Source: Lepidodermella squamata
Taxonomy: Eukaryota > Animalia > Gastrotricha
NCBI GenBank assembly: GCA_047495785.1
Contig: JBLDXI010000015.1
Span: 2,976,001 to 3,040,000, forward strand
Length of the DNA: 64,000 bases
Direction of reading: 5' to 3'
A model generated the notes under the pieces. The model ran no database searches, was not told where the DNA came from, and saw nothing but the letters and a program-made list of their open reading frames with translations. Every line of letters starts with the position of its first letter. The stretch's first letter is position 1. Position numbers and translations under genes: made by a program. Below are positions 13,472-27,073 of the stretch, in pieces.

Positions 13472-15001
13472 TTTACCCGTGAACTTTAGTTGTCTCACTA
13501 ACTGCTAATAATGTAAAATAAAAATCATGTGTATGTTCTACTTGTTGAGCCTTGCAGGCGATATTGGACGGTATTTGTTGACAGCGTGCAAATGCTGAAC
13601 TTGTACGGAATGATAGCTTGAAAATCGCACACTACCTGTTTGTTGGAGGTGTAGAATGTTTACTGTGTCAAAGATCTAATTAAGTTTGGATTTGATGATG
13701 TCCGCTATTCCTGTCATGTTCATTATTTGCATCGTTTATTGAAGTCATACTCCATGCTAAAACTTAGAGACCCTACACTTTCTACATGTAGGATACCCGC
13801 GGCGAAACGAATAAACCTGAAGTTACTTGTGCCAAGATCTTGACATCAACCATAATTGTTGTTTGTACCTATAATTTAATCGATACACTGAACGAGAACA
13901 ACAGCAGAAAGTATAATTTCCCCAGCAAATTGCAGAGGAAATGAAAGCTGCGCCTCAGTGAGCCACTAGTTAGTCCGTTTAGTTCGTGTGGCTTAAACTA
14001 AAATAGAAATGTTGCGTGTAGAGGCAGCACTTGGGATTTATATACGATCATTTTGAACGCGATGACATTTCCCTTCGTGTATTGAAATGTAACGCAATTA
14101 ACAGTGTTTTTAGTGGCGGACAGGTTTAGCTATCAAAAGTTACACAACGCTATCGAAAGTGTAGTATCTGGCATGAGAAAATTTGCTGGACTTGACAGCT
14201 TGCGACTAGGGTATTGCCCAATGTTCTCGTTGTTTATAGTAAGTGATCGCCTATTGAACGCATTAACAACATAAATAACATCAGACAGCAGCTCGGAATC
14301 TCTGAAAGGCTATTAAAAACACTTGGACTTGAGAGAAAATCCGCAAAAACTAGTTGAAGTGGAAAAATGTCAAAGATTGCCGTAAAGCGCCAATTTCGGC
14401 TAGAAGCAATATTTAAATTCCAGTTGAACAGTCAAGAACTGATAAATATCAACTTTTTATTCTCTGATCAATTCGAAGTTCATTTTCGCACCAAAAATCG
14501 ACGTCTACAACTGAAATAATAGAGCATAACATTCATATATTCGAAATCAGTTTATGAGAACATTCGGGACCTTGTTTCTTATTATTATTTGTCTCATTCA
14601 GCAACAGCTAAACCCATTGTTAAAGGTTTAAAACGTCTAAAAAATCGTTAACATATTAATTCATTGAGTTGTGGGCAACGGCATATAGTTCCAATAAAAC
14701 GGAGGATATAACCGAATAGGACTGCAAGAATAAAATGAGGAATTGTGTAATGATACATGTTTCAAGGTATTTCGAAGTCGATGTCTCCCGATATGAGTTC
14801 GAGCTTGTCAAGTTGGGGTTGAAACGGTAAGTCCACGCCATAGAGCCATAGATGAGAAAAGTACGGTCTTGTGTATCTTGTGTATCTTGTGACTGCATGT
14901 TTGGAAGCTACCGCTCTCAGATCTGCGGACTCTAGGGTACATTAGGATGGAAGCTACCTAGGCCATCTCACCATTTCCGGCAATTCAACAGGGCGGGTAA
15001 G

Positions 15002-15167
15002 TACAGGGAACTAAGATACAAACGATATTATAACGAAATTCATCGCGCCAGGCAAAAAGTTTCGTTATAACGGTTTTCACTATATTCTCTAAAATTCTCT
15101 ACGAACAAGCCATTCAATTATTTCGCTAATGCAGATATTGGATTTGTTATAGTGAAAGCGCACTGTA
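15002..15167. mobile_element. Possible degraded Tc1/mariner (pogo-like) MITE
   Basis: TA-CAG...CTG-TA ends with internal inverted TTATAACGAAA / TTTCGTTATAA motifs; TIRs are imperfect. Confidence 0.4.
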
Positions 15168-16426
15168 AATAAGTGTTTCAGGCGCGTTTCTGGGGGAAGC
15201 TTGTTCCTTCATCTAACCTTCGAATTTAACTTTTCAGGAAGCGTGCGTTCCGCGGCCTATCCAGTTGCTAGGTATATAGTAGGTGTCCTCCAGGTGGAAT
15301 GCTCTACTCCTTTGCACCTTGTTACCCGTTACGAACCAGACGAATTTAGTTTAAAAAATCTAGCGTGTCAAGGATTGAACGTCGGCGTCAATCTACATTT
15401 TGCGTAGTGTCAATTTGCTTTGGCGTGCGCCATAAAGTTAATTTCAAATACCCAGTGACGATTCAACCTGAACACATTAAATGTGGACAGATTAACGCTT
15501 TGTAAGCTACTGATTCATTTGCTAGCTGCCAGCCGTCTCACGCTATTCAAGCTTGCAGGAAAAAAACGAGACAATTTGCAGAAATCAGAAAGTATTTCCA
15601 GCGCCATTTGACAATGGAAAAAAGTATAAGCGTGCCCCTGTAGGTCTGTTTGGTGAGGCGCCAAGTCCCATTTCGGGGGTGAAGACTGGGACAAACACAA
15701 TTAATTAGGTTAACATAGAACCAAGTATTGGAAGTTTATGTTAACATGAATATTGATGATTAGGAAGTTTTAGGTAGGGTGGCATTATTCAGTTGAGCCT
15801 AAAAGATCAAGCTTTCCCCCTCTAAAACGCTAAGGCTAGAGTAACCCATAGCTTATTCAAGCACAACGGCTGGATTGTCATCATAGTTGAGCCGTCGCCT
15901 GTAACTGCTTTTGAAATCCAAGTTATTTTTGAAATTAAACTTGAACTTGATTGAGCATTTGCCTACGACAGATTAAGTACATTGTATTCGTGCAAGGACG
16001 GTCTCTCATCCAACGGGCGCAGATGGTAGCGCAGATGGTAGAGGTAAGGTGATGAGTTACCTCTTATTAGTGAAGGTGAAGTTGCTTTTGTGTTCTGTAA
16101 CAAGCGGGAAATATGCGGTTATGCGGCAATGTGGTTATGGATCGATTGCTGATTTTTCATCGTTTGAACTGCCGCGCAATACGACGTTACCGTTGACAAC
16201 TGAAAATTTAAAAATCTCTTTAAATTATTGAAAATTAATTTTAAACATATTTATTATTTTACTTTATTTGCCGGTGGAAATCAAATTTAAATGTTTAAAA
16301 GAGCGGCGGATTTGAGATGTTTTTGTTGGTCTTTGGACTTGGCGCTTGTCGTTGTTGTTGTTTCCTGTACGTCCTGTGGCCGATTCTCCTGCTATCATCA
16401 CTCCTCCATCTCCAATTGAAAGCTTT

Positions 16427-17227
16427 ATGCTTCAACCGTACGGTTATCTGCAGTACAGCATGGCATCAGGTAGACATCAAAATTTCTCGTCAGATGACGA
16501 CAGTGGGTCTAACTTGACTCCTCCTAATGCGGCTAACCTCTCATCTGTTGGGGGCAGTTCTCTGATGGCAATGGATGCATCTGGAAACCCGTCGGTTCGC
16601 CAGCAATCACGCTCTCACAGCTCTGCTGAGCAGCGGCGACGCGATGCTATTAATTCGGGTTATGACGCATTGCTTGATCGCCTGCCGTCAGATATTCGCG
16701 ACAGCTACGCCGCTAAACGGCTTCACAAAGCGGACATTCTTACTGCTGCTATTCAGCGTATAGAAGAGCTTCTCTCGCAAAAACAACAGTTGGCTGCCGA
16801 GTGCGATGCGAGTGGTCGTGAGCTAGCAGCTCTCCGTGTAATTCGTGCTAACTACGAGCAGATGATGGCATCTCAAGCCGCTGCGGAAGAGGCGACTGCG
16901 CCCTCTTCGTCCAATGGCTTCGACACCGAGGAGGATGCCAAACTTGCTCTTTACTCGCGAGTTCTTGAAGCTTTACATGGCTCCCTTGAGCAGACGCTTA
17001 GTGAACCTACAAGCCGAGTGACAGGGCAGCAGACAACTTCGACTGCTTTTGATCGGTTGTCTCAGGAACTCATGCTGTGGCTTGAGACAGCATGTTCTCC
17101 ACAGTCTCTCGATGGTCTTACTTGCGACGCAGCGGCTTCATTGAATGCCGGAAGTAGTGGGAATCAAGTCGCAGGCTCAACTACCGTTTCTTCGACGACT
17201 AATATAAGTCACAGTGGCAAAAAGTGA
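16427..17227 (+). CDS. MLX: Max-like protein X (Mlx/Bigmax) bHLH-Zip transcription factor, intronless
   Basis: HSSAEQRRRDAINSGYDAL...KADIL...LAALRVIRANYEQM matches the Mlx bHLH-Zip; the C-terminal LWLETACSPQSL matches the DCD region. First in-frame ATG at 16427. Confidence 0.88.
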   Translation: MLQPYGYLQYSMASGRHQNFSSDDDSGSNLTPPNAANLSSVGGSSLMAMDASGNPSVRQQSRSHSSAEQRRRDAINSGYDALLDRLPSDIRDSYAAKRLHKADILTAAIQRIEELLSQKQQLAAECDASGRELAALRVIRANYEQMMASQAAAEEATAPSSSNGFDTEEDAKLALYSRVLEALHGSLEQTLSEPTSRVTGQQTTSTAFDRLSQELMLWLETACSPQSLDGLTCDAAASLNAGSSGNQVAGSTTVSSTTNISHSGKK

Positions 17228-17496
17228 TAATCATAATTTTAAATTCTGAATGGGAGATCTTATCAAATTGTATTTTTATCGTCTATCACGCCTTGCTACC
17301 TGATGTGTCTCGAATAAAACCTGTTCAGCTTACGAAGGTTTGGGGTTAGAAATTTTTTCCGTGAATATTTTCATCTGAGCTGCTGATTGATATGAGTTTA
17401 TTTTAATCTGTTTAGTGTTTTATCTATTTGGAGTTGATCATCTGCTGATAGGTGAAGGATTACACATGTTACTACGTGGTTAACCGCCACTTGATA

Positions 17497-20400
17497 ATGC
17501 AAATTCCAGTACAACTACCGCATTCGCCTCCTAAAAAAGATAAACTGTTCAATGTCCAGTCGATAAACTCATCCAACGTTGCAGAAAGCTCTTTCGTCGA
17601 TGGTACTCCTGCTGCCCAGAGAGATCTTTACCGCACTTGCTATCCAGATGAGCTGCGCCAGTCCCCTGATAGCAATTCCCTGTTAGAAAATGATCAAAGT
17701 AAGTTCAATTCACTGTTAAACGCGTCTCATCATATCTATTTTTGCTATAGCCACTCATGTCAATCGATCAGTTCAAGCATTCAACACGCCTCATCCGATT
17801 AAAGCATTTGCTGAGGTTGTTCGTGTCATTTCGGACGTTGACGACGAAGAATCAGAAGCCGATGCTCCTCCACCGGCACGGCTTTCGAAGCCGGTTCCCT
17901 TGAGTGAATTTAGAGTAGCAGTGTTGCCTCCCCCGACTCCGTTTAATTCCACACGTATTCCTATTGATCGGCCTCCAGATGAACACACAGAGGAACAGAT
18001 GGTTATTGAACCGCCACCGGTAGTACCGCCTGTGGATTATCAACCTGAACCAGAACCTGAACCTGAGCCAATTGAAGTCGAGGTAGTTCCCGAGGCGGTT
18101 ATCCCGCCCCCAGCGCCACTGCCTGTAATTAACGTCGAGTACAAGTCATGGGCGTTACTGCCTACAAAAAAGTTTTCTGGTGTCTTCATTGGAGGTCAAA
18201 ACATCGCCACCGGTTCTCCTGCTAACTCATCTCGAATAGTTGAGCGTCTCGATTTCACAATAGTTAAATCGGCTTCTGGCGCTGTTATTCGGCTAGTTGG
18301 TCCGCCTAATCAGAGCCAAATGCGCCGGTTTAACATTTCGCGTTTGGTTATCAGTTTATTTGCTAAAGGATTTCCTACTGATTGGGCGGCCCTAGTTGAG
18401 GGTGAGATGAACCGTTTGAAGAGTGCGCCTGATGAAATTAGGGAACAAGTTATCGCCCGTCTGAAAGAGATGGACGAAGCTCGTCAGGTCATGTCACACT
18501 CTCAAAACGTCACTTTGGCTTCATTAACTCAATCCGTGAGCCGAACATCGATTCCGAAGAAGTCGACTGCTTGGAGTAAGAAAGTGACGGTGGCTACTAA
18601 TGATTCGGATAAGATCCTCAATTTACCTACGATTGTCGAAACTCCTGATTCAGAAGGCCCGCGCTATGGACCACATGTCAGTTACTATTAAGAAATTTTG
18701 AGAAAAATATTAATTTATCTTGTTTTCTTCCTTAGCATTTTCCTATCGAAGGTTTTACGCCGAAGAATAACGTTCAACTCTCTGAAGAAGATGAAGACAT
18801 AGAAGACGAGGAAGATGAGGATGCCGTAGAATTTCGTGAAATCGATGAGGAAGCTTCATCAGAGTCGATGGCTGAATCGAGAGACTTATCAGAAACAGAC
18901 GATCGGCAGCATTACCAGCGCAGAAGAGCCCGTCAAGGCAACAAACCGGCGAGAAGTAGAGCAGCAGCGACCAGCAAGAAGAGGCGCAGCCCTGTAAAAA
19001 AAGTCGCGCGTGAAGCTCAAGCTGCTAAACCAACTCGCGGCGGTGTAGCGAAGAAGCCTGTAAAAGTCACGCAACAAGTTGCCGATGCGGTTGTCACAAC
19101 TGTTAAAAAGGGCGCCGTAACCAAGAAGATGGATATAGGCAAGAATTCTTTGGTAATTCCAAATGGCGAAAATGTCTCGTTATCGACCGATCTTAACACT
19201 GTTGGATCGCATTCAAAAGCTGCACCGATCCGGGGAGGGAGGACTGCTGTTAAGGTGGCTGCTAAGCCTGTCGTGTCTTCCGGCTCCAGTTTGGACCTGC
19301 CTAGTCAAGAATCGTCGCAAACTGGTTCGAAAAGACCGACTCGGAAGAGGAAAGAGTCTTCTCCGCCCCCGCCTCCTCCTCCTCCACCTGCTCCTGTCGA
19401 AGCGCCGAAGAAAACCGCGGCTAAACGAGGTGGAAAATCGGCGAAAGAAGTCCAATTAGAAGAAATCCCTCCGCAGACAGTAGTGAAAAAGCCTGTGAAA
19501 CGGAGAAGTCAGGAATCAATTTCTCAACTCCCCGACCCGGTTCCTGTTGCGAATTCAAAAAGAGCGAAAAAAGTCGTGGAAAGCGCGGAAAAATCGGTCC
19601 CAGTAGCCCCGAAAACTACCGCTCGAAAAGCGCCTGCTGAAGCCGAGAAAGTCCCAATTGTCGCGGTTGTTAAGCTTACGGATGAGAAGGACGCGAGGCC
19701 TAAACGGGGCGGGCGGAAAGAGCCTCAGGAAGAACCGGCGCCTGTTCCCGTCGCACCTGTGACATCTCGAAAAGCTGGTAAAGCCACGAAATCGCAACCA
19801 ACTGCTGCCCGGCAGAAAGTGGCGGAGAAAGGGGATGAATATGAGTTTATTGGCAGTCCACCGAAAAAACCGGCGCCGTTAACCGTTGCGAAACAGCCAG
19901 CTGTTCAGCCGAAGAAAACGACATCGGGCGGGAAAAAGAAGCAGCAACCGGTGAAAAATCCGGCTCCTTCAAGCAGCCAGTTTATGAGTCCTGCAAGCTC
20001 ACCTAGTCGCCAACCTAAGTAAGTCTTTATAAAAATAATATCGTTTTTATTAAGAAGTTTCGAAAACTTGCAACCAAACGCAAATTCATGAAAATTGCCA
20101 TTTTAAAATAGTTTTTTTCGGATTAGTTTGAAAGTTGGGACCAGGCCTGGAAATTACAAAGAATTTTAGCGTGATTTGTTGGATGTTTTTAATTAATTTT
20201 TTCTCATTTTGTCTAATTTTACTCAAGCGTGTCCCAGAAGTTGCGGCACTATTTTTTAATTTGGCAACTTATTGTGGGAAGTTCCATCTTCTATCCGCGA
20301 TTTAACGGAAGAAATGATAAATTTACCGAAGAAATCCCAGTAAACCCCGTTGTTCGGTAATTTTCGGTATTTTACCCGGTTGGACCAGATTTCTCCGGAA

Positions 20401-21662
20401 TTTTTTAATCCCATTAATTTCATTACTATTCTCGTGATTTTTTTTAAATTTTTCTAAACTTTTTCTGGCCTAGAGATGGACCTGTCTCTCATTTCAGAGT
20501 TTCTGAACCCTTTTCCGTGTATTTTCTTTGCTTTCAATATTTATAGGTCTCGCTGTAATAGGGCAATTAAAATCTTGAGATATTTTGTATTTTAATTTGT
20601 ATTATTTTTTTTACATTGTATTCATCCATTCAGTTTTTATTGATTTTAAGTTCAATAATAATTTTTATTTTCAGCCCCCTTCGATCTATGCCAGTTCCGC
20701 CCGTCGGAGGCAGCAGCGCCCTTCGCCCGTGGACTGATTCGGAACTTGAGCGTTTGAAACGCGCTATCATCCAAGTGCCAACCAACGCCAGCGACTACTG
20801 GAAATCCGTCTCCAATCTGGTGGCGACTCGCAGCGAAGAGGAGTGTTTTTCACTCTACAACAAGCGCATGGACATTCAAAAGGCGACAAACTGCTTGATG
20901 TTCAGTAAACTCGCCCCGGTTTCAGCGGCTGATACCAGTCTGAACTGCGCGCCGATAACCCCGGAAAAGCCAGCGGCCACGAAACCTCCAGCGAAAGGCA
21001 AGGCCGCGGCGAAAAACCAACCGAAGAAGTCGCCGGAGAAGAAACCGGCGAAGAAGGTGATAACAGCAAAAGCTGGTACTCTAAAGCGCCGCGAGCAGAT
21101 CCGGAAAATCGTGCAGGACGAAGCGGCGGATGACTGGGCGGTGAATAACCACGACGCGATGAGCCACGTCGGCGGCGGGTTGACGCAAAGTGAGAAGAAC
21201 GCGTTGGTCGGCGAAGATTTAGCGCTGATAACGCCATCAGCCGGGCTGGCTAGTAGCAGCTCGATGGTAACAGCCGGCGGCCAGGCGCTGTCGGGCATCG
21301 ACAACGAGGGCGCGGCGAATTCGATGATTTCCAGCGCGCTCGAGGTGCCGATGTCGAAGGACCGGCAGGATGCGGATAAGTTGGTGCAGCGGATCCGGAA
21401 ACAGGGCGCGGCGAAGCAGGGTGGCGCGAAGCAGACGGGGGCTGTGCGCAAAAAGGCGCAGGGCCTCGATCACCTGTCGCCGATGGGTGCGAAGTTGCGC
21501 AATTTCATGCCAAAAAACATGTCGACGCCGCAGATTCCGGCTGGGCTGCGGCGCCGCGAGTCTGACGACGAGGCGGAGGACACGCTGCCGGCGTCCGAGT
21601 CCACCTTAACCGAAATTCCGGCGAAAAAAGTTGCTGCGAGTCCTATTTCGTACAAACGTTGA
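17497..21662 (+). CDS. MIS18BP1: Mis18-binding protein 1 / KNL2 (CENP-A loading factor), 4 exons
   Basis: SANTA domain (W..LP...VFIGG...SSRIVERL...SGAVIRLVG...FAKGFPTDW), Lys/Pro-rich linker, SANT domain (PWTDSEL..L...YWKSVS..V.TRS.EEC) and the conserved ITAKAGTLKRREQIR. Exons ~17497-17698, 17751-18676, 18736-20018, 20675-21662. Confidence 0.88.
20290..20560 (+). repeat. Dispersed intronic repeat, related to the copies at ~28390-28970
   Basis: Shares blocks such as TTTTACCCGGTTGGAC, AATCCCATT, ATTCTCGTG and AGAGTTTC(T/C)GA..CCTTT with the F-box gene intron. Confidence 0.75.
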
Positions 21663-22586
21663 TTATTTGTTGCGTTTTTATGTATTCTCGTTTATTTTAG
21701 ATCAATAACTAGGCATTTTTTCCACTTCTCGACGCTCTTATGAATACCTGAAAGCTCAGTTTTTTATGTAACCGTGACTAAACTGGTGTTTCTATCTCTC
21801 GCAATTGTATCGATGCTTCCGGCTGCTCATGATTGTTCTTTTCTAGCTGTGTTACTTATCTACCTATCTATGCATTAGGCTGTCGTTATTGTATACCTTG
21901 ATATCTATCTTATTACTATATATTATTGATTTGTAATCTCGTCAACGTGGCCGCGAGCCATTTGTGTAATATGTGTAATCGCTCTCTTTTAATAATTAAT
22001 TGATAAATGAAGTCGAAATAAAAACGATGTTTTTTGTCTCAAATTGTAGTCTTTTTGATAAACTTCACCGTGTATTCATAGGAATGCCTTTTATTACAGT
22101 ATAATTTCACCACGTCAGTTCGAGATGTAACCAACGAAATATTCCGTGTATTTCCGATTAATTTACAAGAGACCCGGGTAGAGTCCGTTCTATTTTGGAA
22201 TCTTGAAGAAAAGGCGTTGTCTGGGACAACATAATTTGAATATTCCACCATTGAAAATACTGAAAAGCGCAAGCTTGGCCGCCCGTCCGGAGAATTTAGC
22301 GGAGAAGGACAATTGTAATGAATACTCCTACAGTGATACCACGTAACGTTAAGCTCCTAAAAGTAGTTTCGCGTCAATAAGGTACCATCTAATGTGTTTT
22401 TTCTTTTCTTCTCCACGGACTGTTGGGAAGCTCAGGCTTGAGCAGCGGATGGAAGATTTTCCCATGTAAACATCAGAGGTTTTCGGGCAATGAAGTATTC
22501 TACATAGCTTCGAATTTTTAATTTCAAGGTGAGCCTCAGAAGTGGGCGACCCGGGGAGAATAAAAAATACCACAGCCAATGGGGTT

Positions 22587-22850
22587 CGGGGGTCCACAGA
22601 CATTTGAGTCCTTGACAACTCAGCCTACGACAACTCAGCCTTCAAACTATAAAGTCCGGCTCACATGCTAATAGAGTTAAGTATTTTCGTAAAATTGAAT
22701 AAAGGCTAAGTTGTCGTAGGCTGAGTTGTCGCGATATTATTAGAATTAGAAAAAGGCTGTGTTGTCGCGGGCTGAGATGTCGCAAATTGAAATAATATTT
22801 ACAATGGCTGAGTTGTTGTTTTCCGAATTGTCGAGACTCAGTTGACGGAA
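22587..22850. mobile_element. Foldback/MITE-like remnant built from inverted GACAACTCAGCC units
   Basis: GACAACTCAGCC occurs twice (~22614-22640), facing about five GGCTGAGTTGTC-like copies (~22703-22820). Confidence 0.55.
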
Positions 22851-24018
22851 TACGACTTCGGGATGTGTGGCCAAAGATTTACCGAACGGAGAAATTTCCT
22901 ATTTCATTTCATTTTGGCATGCCAAAGTGCCCACTGCCAAAGTCACTCGATTCGGCGGTGGTATATAAAATATTGCGTCATTCTGACCGCTGGAATGCCA
23001 TTTTTTGCTAGTTGAGTTGCGCTTTCATGAGCGCTACGTCGTCGCAATTATCCGCAATTATTATTGCGATACATGTGACCATATCTGTGTCGTAATCAAA
23101 TAGGAAATTTAGTTAGAACTCAGTCCAACCATTTCGTACCAATTTGCTGAAAAACCTAGCTAGGTGTAACTGATTAAGCTTGTGAAACAAGAATATGTTT
23201 GAAATGGCAAAAAAATGTTGAGCACCCCTAAGAAGGCAAAAAGAGTCTCCCAAACATAGAAGGCTATCGAAATGAGAATGAAATAAAGTTTTGCCGTAAG
23301 TTCTCATAAAATGCTGAAATCTTGTAATTATTAGATTCTAAGTAAAGTGGGACAAAAACAATTATGTACTTGGGAAATCGATGTCCAGGAATTTCATTTT
23401 TTGTTCAGTTTTCGATTTTAGAAAAAAATTGAGCATTTTAGTTTTACTGAAATAGGAAATATGGAAGGATGTCGAAAGCGGACTTCTGTCTTTTCGGCTA
23501 AATTCCGGCTAAATTCTCTAAATTGCTTCCAACATCCAAAGCCAAAAAGGGCTACAAATTGGTATCTCTCGAGAAAATTGAGCGGAACATCATCTTTTTG
23601 AAGCTTCTCATCGCAATAGCTTGGACAGGTCAGCAGCTTGACGGATGTGTGCTAACCTCTCTTTCCGTTGCCGCTGAAAGTGATATCACTCTCTCTTGCA
23701 CGTTATCGTCCCTAGTCAACTAGTGCTGATAGCACGTAGCATAGTAAAAGCTGGTGTGAAATTCCATTGCACCGGTTACTCCATAAGCCATGCGAAACAA
23801 ACAACTTTCACCCAGCTGTAGAAGAAGAAGCTGTAGTTGTAGTAGTACCTAGTGGTAGGCTATTCTACGCAAGCTTTTACGCGCTCATTTTATATTCAAA
23901 AAATAGTAGTCCACAACACGCGTGTTTGTTTACTGTTTTCAATAACTGAGATGAATGTAAAAATTCTATATATTATACCTTAAAACTTTTAGGGAGGGTA
24001 TTTTTCTTGTAAAACAAA

Positions 24019-26541
24019 ATGGCGGCTGATTCGAATGGACTTCGACAGCGGCCAATTATTCGAATAGAACGGCCCATTTTCACGCAGTCGGATTTCAACG
24101 AGCTGCACTTGGATCGAACCGAGGAAGAGCTGAACAAGAAAAAGTCTTCGTGCCAACTTTTCGGCGACACTATTCGGTCTAAAATGGTTAAAATTTTGCC
24201 GCCGAGTTTCAAAGTGTTCATACTTAAACTATTCCCCTTCGTCACAATCATGTCGAAATACAACTGGAAGTCAGATTTGATCTCGGATGTGATAACCGGC
24301 GCGACTGTCGCGTGTCTCCACGTACCTCAGGCCATGGCTTACGGCCATTTAGCCACCCTAAAACCGATCCACGGGCTCTACGTCGCGTTTCTGCCTGCTT
24401 TTGTTTATTTTTTCTTCGGAACCTCGCGGCAAATGTCGATCGGCGTTTTTGCTGTAGCCTCGTTGATGATGGCTAAAATTCTAGACGCTGAAATCGAGAG
24501 TGCGACATATGACCTCATGTCGGCCGAGGATGCGATGATTAAAGCTCAGGATAACTTGACCCTGTTGTACCTCGAGACGCGAAATGCGTCGTTAAACGGC
24601 TCATCCATCGCGGCTAATATGTTCAATTACGAGGCGGAGGAGTTGCGGCTGCGGGTTGAAATCGCGACTTCTTACAATATCGTCATCGGGTTCATCGAGC
24701 TTGTTTTAGGCGTTGTTGGGGCTGGTTTTATTACCGATTATTTGAATGAGCCGTTCATTTCCGGCTACACCACTGCTTGTGCCTGCCACGTTTTCACGAG
24801 TCAAATTTGGCTGGCTTTTGGTATCAAGGGAATTCGCCATACTGGAGCCTTCAAAATCATTCTTGTAAAAGCTTGAAATTTGGTGAAAAAATGTTTTTTA
24901 TTTCATTTTTTCAGACATATCGGGACTTTATTCAATTTCTACCTCAAATTCACTGGATCACTTTTGGAATTTTTTCAACCAGTGTTGTAATTCTGGCTGT
25001 TTGGAAGGAGGTCATCGACCCTCGTCTGAAGAAGAAACTTTCGATTCCTATTCCTATTGAGCTGATTTTGGTGAGTTTCATTATTTTCGAAAATTCCATT
25101 TTTTATGAGGATTTTTTTAGATAATTATTGCCGATATTTCGTCGTATTTCGGAAAATTTAATCCCGACCACAAAGTGCCAATTGTTGGACCGATTCCTAG
25201 CGAATTTCCAATGCCAGTTGTTCCGAAACATTTTCGCTTCAACTACCTATTCGACGCGTTGCCCATGGTTTTAGTCACATTTTCAGTCAGCATTTCGATG
25301 GGCAAAACTATGGCGAAGAAACACAAGCATACCCTCGATACAAATCAAGAATTCATCGCTTTTGGCCTGTCTAATGTTGTGGCGTCATTTTTCTCGTGTT
25401 TCCCCGCTAGTACGGCTCTGGCGAGAACTATGGTTCAATCTAACGTCGGAGGTATTTTTTACAAAAATTTTTAAAATAAAATTTAAAATTTTTGAAATTT
25501 TGAAATTGAAATTTTTGTCCACCAAAAATGAATTTCTCTCTAATTTTCAATGTAGGCAAGACCCAAGTCGCATCTCTGGTGTCTAGCGGTGTTATTTTGA
25601 TCGTTATCTTGCTCCTCGGCAGTTTTCTCGAGCCTCTGCCCACCAGCGTTCTAGCGGCTATCATAGTCGTCAATTTGAAGGGCATGTTCTTGCAAATTCT
25701 TGACTTACCTCGATTTTGGCAGCTAAACAAGCTGGACTGCTTCATCTGGGGCGTCGCCTTTTTCGTCACCCTGCTCATCGACGTCGATATCGGGCTATAT
25801 GCGGGTGTCGCATTTGTACTACTATCCATCATTATTCAAACAGCGCAGACCCATATATCAGTTCAAAAGCACCTTGATGAAACTGATTTATTCGCAGATT
25901 CTGAAAAATCGAAAAATGTAGGAAAATCTCGATTTCTTAGTTTTCATTGTGATTTTTTACTTTTTTTTTAAGCTGGCTTCCACGGACCCAGCTGTGATTT
26001 TGAGATGGTCGTCGCCTCTCTACTTTGCCAACACTGAAAAGTTGGCCTGTGCAATACGTAAGGGATTGAATCCCGATGCTGACTGTGGCCCAGAGAATGA
26101 CAATTTTCAAACGCAAGCCAAAGCCGTTATCATTGATCTTTCCGGCGTGAGTTTTATCGACTCGGCTGGGGTTGAATGCATCAAACAAATAATGCTCGAG
26201 TTGAACGGGCATAATGTTCACCTACTTCTTGCTGCATGCCCTAGTGAGTGAAGCATGGATAACATGGAGTTTTTACGCAAATTTGATGTTTTAAGGTGGA
26301 ATTTATGGATCGCTATCTCAACTGCCATTTTTAACCGGATTCCTGAGTACTAATTGCTTTGTTAGCATAGTCGACGCTCTGGTTGCTATTCGAAGTGAAG
26401 GAGTTCAGCTTTGGAAAAAAGTAATAAATTTCATCAATTTTTCGCTATATTCAAATGTTTCTCTTCTTCCAGGAAGACAAAGCTAAACCTGCCGAACCTG
26501 CTGCTGAGGCGTTATTATCAGCAGCGGAAACCAAAGTGTAG
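24019..26541 (+). CDS. SLC26 (SulP/prestin/pendrin-like) anion exchanger with STAS domain, multi-exon
   Basis: DLISDVITGATVACLHVPQAMAYG, GLY..F..FFFGTSRQMSIG, NQEFIAFGLSN, STAS motifs PLYFAN and IIDLSGVSFIDSAG. Ends ETKV* (PDZ-binding-like) at 26541. Confidence 0.94.
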
Positions 26542-27073
26542 AGCCTTTTTTGTCGATTCGGTGATACTTTTGTTTGAAAGTAGTAGTTTCTTCTCAAAAA
26601 AACCCTCAAAAACTGCCAAGTTGAAGAAATGTAATAAAAGAGACTGTTGACCTGATTCACAGGAGTTTTTATGGTTTTATTGAATAAAAAAACGCTGCAG
26701 CTAAAATCTGCTTTTGCCTAGGTTAAAACGAGCATTCATCCGGGCTTAAAGTCAAAACAAGGCTTCTCTCTTTCGGGAAAAAAGATAATTTAAAAACACA
26801 ACTGAGGATGTTACAAAGTAAAATACCACATAATACGCAAAACTTAGAAGAGAGGTAAAACATCGAGTAATAGCACAATATAAATCTCACACTTTAAATT
26901 ACCGGCGAGGTAAGCGTTTAAGGTAGATTAGCACAACATAAATCGATTATTAAAAGTATCGTCATGGAATTTTTACCCGCACATTATAAAAAAAAGCGAA
27001 AAATCATCAACAGAAAAGTTAGTTGAATTTCTTTTTTCTTGTGGCATCCATCAATCATCACATTTCATTTCAT

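Noticed and set aside
13500-16300. Short ORFs between HCCS and MLX
   Set aside because: No homology-like motifs or consistent exon chain; treated as intergenic.
20876-21655. Long antisense ORFs over MIS18BP1 exon 4, and similar ones over MARCH6, ATP6V1E, PSAT1 and SCAF4/8
   Set aside because: Shadow ORFs caused by GC-rich codon usage or low-complexity sequence on the coding strand; no recognisable domains.
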